This document shows, in pieces, positions 56,675-64,000 of a stretch of 64,000 bases of DNA. How positions within the stretch are numbered: the stretch's first letter is position 1; every line of letters starts with the position of its first letter. The stretch is from the NCBI GenBank assembly GCA_030765805.1, contig JAVCDH010000091.1, forward strand, positions 19,047 through 83,046. Reading direction: 5' to 3'. The position numbers and the translations under genes were made by a program. Source of the stretch: Candidatus Euphemobacter frigidus (lineage in GTDB: Bacteria > Auribacterota > Erginobacteria > Erginobacterales > Erginobacteraceae). The notes beneath the pieces are model-generated. The model made no database searches. It was not told the origin of the DNA and saw only the letters and a program-made list of their open reading frames with translations.

Positions 56675-57646
56675 ATGAATGATAACGTGCCCGATCTAAA
56701 AACATATCTTAGAATCATAGTACGCTACAAAAGATTTATCATCTGGGGTTCAATAATCTGCGCCCTGGCAGCGGGAATAGTTAGTTTTATAATGCCTCAG
56801 ACTTACCAATCATCATTGCTTCTGGAGATTGGGAAAATTTATCTTCCGCCCAGGGATATGACCAAACAGGAAACGGAATTTATAGAAGAACCGAAATCGG
56901 CCGCACATGTTATCGAGAGTGAAGCAGTACTAAACAAAGTTTCGGCTGAGTTAAATTTGGATATTCCTTTAAGAAAACTCCGGAAAAAAATCGAAGTGGA
57001 AACTTTTAACGATGTTATGTCCACCTCCCAAAAAGAGGGGTCTCCCCTTGTGAAAATTATCTGTGAAGCCTCGGAGCCCCAGGAAACAGTCGATGTTTTA
57101 ACTCTTCTGGCATCTACTATCGTTGATCAGCATAAGATGCGTTATCAATCCAATCAGCAGTCTTTAAAAAATCTGGTTATGATTTATAATGAAAAAATAG
57201 CTTCAATGCAAAAAGTTGTTTCAACACAACAGAAATATCGTCAACAAATTCAATTAAATATAGATAAGACCGATAAAACCGCGGATAAATTCAGCATCGA
57301 TTTAAGCGAATTGGATTCATCCAAGATTTCTCCAATTGAGTTTCTTTTCTTACAGTCATCTTCCTCCGCTCAGAGGAAGAGCGTTAATGATTTGAGGGAA
57401 ATTATTGCTGAATTAGATACCTTAATTGGAGAAAACCAGGAAAAAATCGGAGATTACAAGGATGAAATAGTGAATCTTGAAAGCCTGAATAAGCTATCTA
57501 CTCCAACGAGGATCCGAAGTCCGGCAATACTGCCGGACCATGCAACCAGCCCGAATAAGTTACTAAACATAATAATCGCCGGGCTCCTGGGATTAATCCT
57601 TACTATTTTGATCTCCTTTTTCCACGTGTACTGGACAGGCGAGTAG
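56675..57646 (+). CDS. Wzz-like polysaccharide chain-length determinant protein (PCP family, no kinase domain)
   Basis: N-terminal TM (FIIWGSIICALAAGIVSFIM), long coiled-coil periplasmic region, C-terminal TM (LLNIIIAGLLGLILTILISFF). SD aaggtga upstream of the ATG at 56675. Confidence 0.55.
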   Translation: MNDNVPDLKTYLRIIVRYKRFIIWGSIICALAAGIVSFIMPQTYQSSLLLEIGKIYLPPRDMTKQETEFIEEPKSAAHVIESEAVLNKVSAELNLDIPLRKLRKKIEVETFNDVMSTSQKEGSPLVKIICEASEPQETVDVLTLLASTIVDQHKMRYQSNQQSLKNLVMIYNEKIASMQKVVSTQQKYRQQIQLNIDKTDKTADKFSIDLSELDSSKISPIEFLFLQSSSSAQRKSVNDLREIIAELDTLIGENQEKIGDYKDEIVNLESLNKLSTPTRIRSPAILPDHATSPNKLLNIIIAGLLGLILTILISFFHVYWTGE

Positions 57647-58799
57647 CGTGGTAATAAAATCGCTCTGTTTTTGCCGGCCATATCTCCATTAGTGCCTTTT
57701 GCCGACCACCCTCTCCAAGTTTTTTTACCAGCTCATCGTCGTCGAGCAGAGATAAAATAGCCTCAGTTAATGCGTGGGGATTATCGGGTTCGACCATCAA
57801 ACCGGTAACCCCATCTTCAACCGCGTCACTGACACCCCCTCCCTTGGCTGCAATAACAGGCTTGGAAAAGAAACCCGCTTCCAGATAGACTATCCCAAAT
57901 CCTTCGATATCACCTATCTTGCTTTCACTTGGCATTACCATCAAACGGCAACGTTGATAACAAGCGTTCAGTAGATATTGACTGACCTGGCCGGTGAAAG
58001 TAACATGGGATTCTATCCTCAGATCATGTACTATTTTTTCAAGATTCTGTCGATAAGGACCATCTCCTACTATTAAATAATGCAATTCAGGATATCTATT
58101 AAGCAGTTTGGGCATAACCTTAATGACCTTTTGATGACCTTTCCTTGCCACCAGACGGCCAGCGGAAAGTAACACCTGCTTCCCGTGCAGACTAAATCTT
58201 CTGTCTAGAATGTCTTTTTCAAGTCTATCTGAAACCAGTAAAGATTGATCTACACCGGGATATATAATCTCAATCCGTTCGCGCGCAACGCCTTTCTTTA
58301 ATAATACATTACCGGTAAAATGTGAAATGGCTATCACCAGATTTGCCCGGCGGAGAACCGGATATAAAACCAGCTCCTTCCAGAGGCTGGCTCTTCCTCG
58401 AGACATAATATCTTTACCATAAGTAATTACTACAAAAGGAACTTTTAGGAAACAAGAGAGACAATGGGCGGCCGGGGAAGAATCAGCGCTACCAGATACT
58501 ACAACAAAGTCACCACCTTTTCGAATTATTTTCCAGGCAATAAAAAATAATATGATGTTGAGAGGTATAAGCATAATTCTGAATAATGTTTTGGAAAGCA
58601 ATAAATAACTTATATCCAAGGCTCCCCGAGTGACCTTTAATAAATTTTTACGATCAAAATCTTCCCAACCGGAGACACGGAATGTAACAACCTCAACTTG
58701 ATCTGCGATCGGTGAGATCAGGCCGTGGATATATCTTTCTATTCCTCCTTCAGTAGGAGGGAAATGAAGGGTTAAAATTAATAATTTTTTTTCTTTCAT
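57603..58799 (-). CDS. glycosyltransferase family 4
   Basis: GGIERYIHGL, C-terminal MPSESKIGDIEGFGIVYLEAGFFSKPVIAAKGGGVSDAVEDGVTG. Confidence 0.8.
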   Translation of the reverse strand: MKEKKLLILTLHFPPTEGGIERYIHGLISPIADQVEVVTFRVSGWEDFDRKNLLKVTRGALDISYLLLSKTLFRIMLIPLNIILFFIAWKIIRKGGDFVVVSGSADSSPAAHCLSCFLKVPFVVITYGKDIMSRGRASLWKELVLYPVLRRANLVIAISHFTGNVLLKKGVARERIEIIYPGVDQSLLVSDRLEKDILDRRFSLHGKQVLLSAGRLVARKGHQKVIKVMPKLLNRYPELHYLIVGDGPYRQNLEKIVHDLRIESHVTFTGQVSQYLLNACYQRCRLMVMPSESKIGDIEGFGIVYLEAGFFSKPVIAAKGGGVSDAVEDGVTGLMVEPDNPHALTEAILSLLDDDELVKKLGEGGRQKALMEIWPAKTERFYYHATRLSSTRGKRRSK

Positions 58800-58958
58800 G
58801 ATAATATTATATAGCTTCTTCTTGCCTACTTGTATCACAAAATATTAAAAAATTTGTATTGATTTTTAAAATAAACAATTCTACATTGCAAATAGAGCTA
58901 ATTTTATACTTCTTTCAAGATCTATTCTAAACAGGCCTAATCCCTTAAATAAACCCTT

Positions 58959-61004
58959 ATGCGACAAATTTTGGAGATAATTTCTTATCAGTCAATGATC
59001 CGGTCAAAAAAAATAATATTGATATTGCTATTTATTTTCGCCGTGGGATGTTTTCTCCGGCTCTATCAACTCGGGAAAAATAGCCTCTGGCTCGATGAAC
59101 TGATGCAGGTTCAACGGGCATCCCTGCCTATAAATGAATGCGTCCGGGCCGTCTTAAATGACGCCGACCAGATGCCCCTCTCTTATCTGACCCTGCACTT
59201 TACGCTGCAATTCGGAAAATCCGACTTCCTGGTGCGCCTCCCTGAAGCAATATTCGGCTCTCTCTCCATCCTGCTGATCTTTCAGCTGGGAAGAATGCTG
59301 TTCGGGACCCGGGCCGGCCTGATGGCTGCTTTTTTACTTGCCTGTTCCCCCTTTCATATCAATTACAGCCAGGAAAGCCGTTTCTACGCGAGCATGATCT
59401 TTTTCATCCTCCTCTTTAATATTGCTTTCTTCCATGCCATGAGAAAAGAGAAGTTGAAAGCTGTTTCATTCCTGTTCCTGGTAGTAGCCGGGATACTCTC
59501 TTTATACACTCATATTTTCACCCTCTTGAATATTGCCTTAATGCTTGGCGTAGTCCTGATTGGAATTATAATTAAGAAGAGTAGAACGGACGGAAATAAT
59601 CTATCTTCCTGGCTCATTATCCTGGCTTTGCTCTCCGTGTGCGCGACCTATATACCTTACTATCTTTTTACCGGCAGCCTGGTCGAACCCATGGAATCTT
59701 CGGAAACAATCGCTTCGGGATGGCGGGAAGCCTGGATTTCGTGGGTAATGTTTACCAACGGCTACCCCGGCAAAGCAATCGGTGAAAAGGCATTTTATAT
59801 TGTGATGCTGGGATCATTTCTATTCGGCCTGTGGAAGACACAGATCCGTTCCCGATGGCTGGGATTTTATCTTCTGTTAATCACCATTCTGATTCCTGTA
59901 ATTATAGTAACTGGTGAAATGAAATTTGGAAAATTTTTTGCGCCGCGGCACATATCTATTGCTTTTCCTTTTGTGATTATTTTAATTGCGAGGGGGGTCT
60001 GCGGATTATCCCGGTGGCTGCAGAGGAGTTACCGGCCAACTGCCGCCACTCTCTTCTGGATCTTGTTTCTCGGTTATTCCACGTTCACCTACGCGCGGAG
60101 CTACTGGGGGTATGAACGATTCCGCTGGAAAGATGATTACCGGAGCGCCGGGCTGTTTATTGCCCGTAACATTGGTAGCGATGACTACGTTATCGCTCCC
60201 GGGTTTTTCCCCTACATCAAACATTACCTCCGTGGAGTTAGTGAAGACAATCTCATTCCCACTTTCTGGAACCTTTATGAGGAGGAAGAGGAGATGCTCC
60301 ACAGCGGCCGGAGGATCTGGATCTTTAAAAGTAAATATTTAAAGGTCCCGAAAGTCAGAAAAATCGTGGAGGAATGTGAGCGTTTGCCCGGGGCGAAACT
60401 GAAATTCTATTTTCCCGACAACCATTACGTTATAGTAATTGATCCCCAAAAATCCGAGGAAGAATTGATTGGTGATTTCTATGAAGCGAGCTTTCCTTCA
60501 CCTTCTCCGATGGTAAGTCTGGCCAATATATTGATAAAAAATGGTGAATATAAAAGAGCCCGACGGCTTCTAGAAAAGAAGACTGTTTACAATTCAAGAA
60601 TAGACCGGGCCTACCGATATTACACAATCGGAAAGATATTGATGAAGCAACATGAACGAAAACATGACCGCTGTAAGGTTAATGAAGCGAGTGAGTATTA
60701 CCGAAAGGCATATGAAACTTGGCCGAGTTTCTGGAATCTGGAAAATCTGGTGGGAGCTTATTATAATACAGGTAATGACACTGCGTTTAAAAAGTACGCC
60801 CTGAAAGCAATTAAAAGATTCCGGGGAGGACCTTACCCGCTCTGGCGCATACACCGGAGACTGGCCCGATATTTCTTAAAAAGCGGGAATTACAATCAAG
60901 CCGAATATTACGCCCGGGAATGTATCAGAGGTTGCCAGGATCCGGAACTCGTTGATGAGATGGATAAGATATTGACTTATGATCGCCACCGGGAAGAGAT
61001 CTGA
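58959..61004 (+). CDS. GT39/ArnT/PMT-like membrane glycosyltransferase with C-terminal TPR-like domain
   Basis: About 11 TM helices in the N-terminal ~400 aa, then a soluble helical TPR-like C-terminus (YYRKAYETWPSFWNLENLVGAYYNTGN...). Confidence 0.6.
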   Translation: MRQILEIISYQSMIRSKKIILILLFIFAVGCFLRLYQLGKNSLWLDELMQVQRASLPINECVRAVLNDADQMPLSYLTLHFTLQFGKSDFLVRLPEAIFGSLSILLIFQLGRMLFGTRAGLMAAFLLACSPFHINYSQESRFYASMIFFILLFNIAFFHAMRKEKLKAVSFLFLVVAGILSLYTHIFTLLNIALMLGVVLIGIIIKKSRTDGNNLSSWLIILALLSVCATYIPYYLFTGSLVEPMESSETIASGWREAWISWVMFTNGYPGKAIGEKAFYIVMLGSFLFGLWKTQIRSRWLGFYLLLITILIPVIIVTGEMKFGKFFAPRHISIAFPFVIILIARGVCGLSRWLQRSYRPTAATLFWILFLGYSTFTYARSYWGYERFRWKDDYRSAGLFIARNIGSDDYVIAPGFFPYIKHYLRGVSEDNLIPTFWNLYEEEEEMLHSGRRIWIFKSKYLKVPKVRKIVEECERLPGAKLKFYFPDNHYVIVIDPQKSEEELIGDFYEASFPSPSPMVSLANILIKNGEYKRARRLLEKKTVYNSRIDRAYRYYTIGKILMKQHERKHDRCKVNEASEYYRKAYETWPSFWNLENLVGAYYNTGNDTAFKKYALKAIKRFRGGPYPLWRIHRRLARYFLKSGNYNQAEYYARECIRGCQDPELVDEMDKILTYDRHREEI

Positions 61005-62036
61005 GGTAGTCATATATCCGGTGGGCTATCAACTCATGTCCGACCGGGGTTGGATGTCCATCTCCGAGAATATAAAGATTGTCCCTGCCGGAAAAGTTGG
61101 GGAGTATTTCGATTACATCAATTCCGTTCCGCCGCCCATGATTTATCAGTGCCTCCAATTCATAATTATACCCCTTATCCAATTCGGGCTTTTTCGGGAT
61201 AACCGCTATGACGAATTCAGCACCATATTGCCGGCAGAGATCACGCATGGCCAAAATTATTTTTTCCGATATTAATATGCTCTCCTCTCCATAAGGTCCA
61301 CAAATGACTCGGCCGGCTTTGGTCGATCCCAATCTCTTCATGATGAAATCCATAAAATAACTTTTATAATGATCGAAGAAGATATTTCTCCAACGCCGAT
61401 ACTCTTCACCAACTTCTATTTTTTCCGGAACCGGCACATTAGTAAGTTTGAGCCGGTTGAAGTAGATCTTAAAACGCGGACGCCCGTATCCGCTGGCCCA
61501 TTGATAAAGGCCTACCCGCCGGATAACATCATTGATTAAACCCAGAATAACAATATTCGGCCGGATGCGAGGGATTTCTTCCTTGAGCCAGAGGTACATC
61601 TGATCGAGACCATATCCACAGGCCCCCATATTTATCACTCTCCATTCCTTATTTCTGAGTTTCTCTTCCAGTTCTCTTCAGCGGCCATCCGGTGACCGAA
61701 TGTAAAAGAATCCCCTAAAGCAATTATTGTTTTTTTATGGGGGAGAGTACTGGAAATCCGATTTTCCCGTCCGGATCCAACTCGAAATCCGTGGGAATTA
61801 ATAATAACTGATTTATTTCCCCACTTATCCGGTAAAATTTTTCCCGGGATATGCTTCCAGCCTAAAGTAGAATTGTACTCGTTCCAGATGTCTTCGGGGA
61901 TCGGGATAGTCTGAAAAATTTCGCTGGTAAAAACGGCATAAATCCGAGAAGCAATTTCACCTGTAACCAGAAACAAAATTACACTGATCGTCAAAATGGA
62001 TAGGTTGATAAGAGATCGTTGAAATTTATTCGGCAT
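60925..62036 (-). pseudogene. SGNH/GDSL hydrolase split by a frameshift (N-part 61635-62036, C-part 60925-61638)
   Basis: The N-part has a TM helix plus GDSFTFG (block I). The C-part has NMGACGYGLDQ (block II) and GDGHPT (DxxH block V). The two frames abut at 61635-61638 (TGA overlapping GTG). The intact paralogue at 62274-63548 is colinear across the junction. Confidence 0.5.
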
Positions 62037-62273
62037 CGGTTATATCCCAATCCGGTTTCCACAGGTTTAAAATTTTATTCTACTTGTCCTTCTGATAATC
62101 ACCAGTTATATTTAGCCTGATTCACTGTTTCGGAATTATTAAAGTAATCTCCAGTATTGCCTTAATATAACCATAATGGTCGTTTTCAAAACATAAAAGT
62201 AGCGGCCCCGATTTCTTCGGGGTAGACTACGCCGCTATTTTTATATCCGCTTAAATAAAGCAAAAGCTATCCC

Positions 62274-63548
62274 ATGTTTATCAAAAGACAAATCAAAAAT
62301 AAATTTGTTTTTAATATTGTCGGTAAGTTAGCGACCTTATTTCTTTCTGTATTTATTTTCTCATTAATCTTAGATTGGACGTTAGGCCTTTTCGGTTTTC
62401 CATCAAAGGGAAAAGTTTGTTACAGTCATCCTCCTAATCGTTGCGAAATAAGAAAGAATATTGAATTTCAGTACCGATTCGAGAGTAATAGCCGCGGTCT
62501 GCGGTACCGGGAGATTCCCGAGGAAAAACCAGATGGAAGCTATCGGATTTGGGTGGCGGGAGATTCCTTCGTCGAAGGATTGGGGGTAGACGCGGAGGAT
62601 CGGTTTACAGAGTATCTGGAACGATCGTTTAGCCACTCTGAACAGCCGGCTTATTTCATCAACGGAGGTCTGGTAGGAACCGGTCCGCTGGAGTACGGAA
62701 GGCTTTTTCTGAAAATTGGTCTGGATTACAATCCGGATGGATTACTTATCTGCCTTTACGCTAACGACTTAATAAATACACAAGCAAATGTCATTCCCGG
62801 AGACTTATATTATCAGGAGAAGCAACAACATGGAATTGAAAAATTATTCAGGAATCTCTGGCCGAGAATGTTTCTGCTGGTTAAAAAATTTCAGAGCCAA
62901 CACCACCAAAAGAAAACAGCATCTCCTTCGGATTTCTTCAGCATAGTCTCCCAGAAAGCTCTCCGAGACGGAATCCCCCAAGAGAGAATTGCCGAGTGGA
63001 AAGAAGGACTTTCTCCGGAATTGGTGGAAGCCACTAACAAAAAATTATTCTATGGTAATGTATTTAGTAGAGGTTTACTTTATCCCCATTGCTGGATTTC
63101 AACCCTGGATATTAAAGGAGCTAAAGCAGAAGCAAGTTGGAAAGCAATGTCTGGATTACTGGAAGAGATTATAAAACAGGCCCGATCTCACTCTATTAAA
63201 GTTGGACTAATCTTTATTCCATCACGATTTCAATATAATCCTGAAAGTCATAAAGAGTCTAATCCCTGGATCCAAGGGGGAGCCGAAGTTCGGGCCGCGT
63301 GGCTCAATGAAGAGACCGAGATTCAAAGGCGGCTGGCGCTCCTGGCGAAGCAACTTGATCTCCCTTTCCTTGACATGACCACGGATCTTCGCCGGGCTAT
63401 GGAGAGAGGAGCGAAGTTGAACTGGGAATTTGACGATCACTGGACATCAAAAGGACATAAGGTGGCGGGAGAGATTATTCGAGAGTGGATAGACAGAGAA
63501 CAAGTTTTTTCCTTTCTACCCAAATCAATAACGGAAAAAGTGGAATAA
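62274..63548 (+). CDS. SGNH/GDSL hydrolase-family protein with N-terminal TM anchor
   Basis: VAGDSFVEGLGV (block I), GGLVGTGPLEY (block II), DDHWTSKGH (DxxH). Confidence 0.7.
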   Translation: MFIKRQIKNKFVFNIVGKLATLFLSVFIFSLILDWTLGLFGFPSKGKVCYSHPPNRCEIRKNIEFQYRFESNSRGLRYREIPEEKPDGSYRIWVAGDSFVEGLGVDAEDRFTEYLERSFSHSEQPAYFINGGLVGTGPLEYGRLFLKIGLDYNPDGLLICLYANDLINTQANVIPGDLYYQEKQQHGIEKLFRNLWPRMFLLVKKFQSQHHQKKTASPSDFFSIVSQKALRDGIPQERIAEWKEGLSPELVEATNKKLFYGNVFSRGLLYPHCWISTLDIKGAKAEASWKAMSGLLEEIIKQARSHSIKVGLIFIPSRFQYNPESHKESNPWIQGGAEVRAAWLNEETEIQRRLALLAKQLDLPFLDMTTDLRRAMERGAKLNWEFDDHWTSKGHKVAGEIIREWIDREQVFSFLPKSITEKVE

Positions 63549-63599
63549 TATACGAATTTAATTCAAACTAAAGTTGAATAGTAAATAGTAGAATTGTTT

Positions 63600-64000
63600 G
63601 TGAGAAAATTTGTTATTCTATATATTGCTCTTTGCCTAGTAATTATTATCGGATTTGCGGAGTTGATCTGCAGGTTTATCCAACCCCCGGGGTCTTTCAC
63701 AACATTATCATACGATCCCGATGTCGGATGGCGTTATAGAGCGAATATTAACCTTAAGATAGGTGACAGTCGATTTATCACCAATTCTTGCGGTTTTCGG
63801 GGCCGGAATTATTCTAAAAATAAACCTGATGATACAGAGAGGATTGTTTTTTTAGGCGATTCTTACGCCGCTGGTATCGGCTTTGAACCCTATCCCGCTT
63901 TACTGGAAAAAAACTTAAATTCTTTAATAAATAGTGGTTGGAAATATGAAGTAATAAATGCCAGCGTAAGCGCATGGGCAACCGATCAGCAATATATTTA
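63600..64000 (+). CDS. SGNH/GDSL hydrolase paralogue (partial, runs off window end)
   Basis: GTG start at 63600 (VRKFVILYIALCL... TM helix), then IVFLGDSYAAGIGF (block I) and NASVSAWATDQ (block II). Open to the end of the window. Confidence 0.6.
   Translation, partial: MRKFVILYIALCLVIIIGFAELICRFIQPPGSFTTLSYDPDVGWRYRANINLKIGDSRFITNSCGFRGRNYSKNKPDDTERIVFLGDSYAAGIGFEPYPALLEKNLNSLINSGWKYEVINASVSAWATDQQYI

Noticed and set aside
62037-62273. 237-nt intergenic region with nested inverted repeat (tagcgg cccc-ga-tttctt-cgggg ... ccgcta) followed by ttttta, considered as a small RNA or terminator.
   Set aside because: No upstream + strand gene to terminate and no further evidence of an RNA gene; could simply be the promoter region of the divergent SGNH genes.

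Overview
This 64-kb window is a contig from a fairly GC-rich bacterium, roughly high-50s % GC by eye, with a sharp drop to clearly AT-rich sequence from about 47.7 kb to the end. Gene content suggests an anaerobic or microaerophilic uncultured lineage. The start-of-window genes are a polytopic membrane protein, an archaeal-type nicotinate phosphoribosyltransferase, and an ECF sigma / zinc-finger anti-sigma / HtrA envelope-stress module. A complete Bat (Bacteroides-aerotolerance-like) cluster follows in the order MoxR AAA+ ATPase, DUF58, DUF4381-like protein, BatA, BatB, BatC, BatD, BatE, with an extra BatD-N/DUF4381-like paralogue upstream of it. An initiator tRNA-Met with promoter and terminator sits at about 17.2 kb. 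Central-metabolism genes follow: ilvC, a corrinoid adenosyltransferase, class I fumarase beta and alpha subunits at separate loci, L-aspartate oxidase, malic enzyme, and an IPMDH/IDH-family dehydrogenase translationally coupled to an LeuA/homocitrate-synthase-like (HMGL) synthase carrying an unusual C-terminal Cache-like domain. Next are a C39-like peptidase / TPR / small membrane protein trio, a NapH-like polyferredoxin plus 2[4Fe-4S] ferredoxin, a TlpA-like thioredoxin, and the glycine-cleavage P (two subunits) and H proteins next to a TrpB-like PLP enzyme of unknown function; no gcvT is present in the window. A polysaccharide locus fills the remainder. Its high-GC part holds GT4, GT2 and a polyprenyl-phosphate sugar transferase. 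Its low-GC part, a roughly 16-kb island, holds a radical-SAM/SPASM enzyme, several GT4 glycosyltransferases, a Wzy-like polymerase, a methyltransferase, a Wzx flippase, a Wzz-like protein, a GT39/ArnT-like transferase and three tandem SGNH hydrolases, one of them frameshifted. The most unusual structure is a set of short tandem repeat arrays (mostly heptamers, STRR-like; units of GGTGACTG/GGGACTG/GGGATTG, GGGAATG/GGGAATA and GGTTCAC) sitting exactly at gene boundaries, often as inverted pairs. One inverted pair brackets an AT-rich four-helix-bundle (23S-IVS/Avd-family) gene inserted into the moxR-DUF58 junction. A separate ~100-nt hairpin-containing element is present in two inverted copies. 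No CRISPR array, Cas gene, reverse transcriptase or integrase was found.
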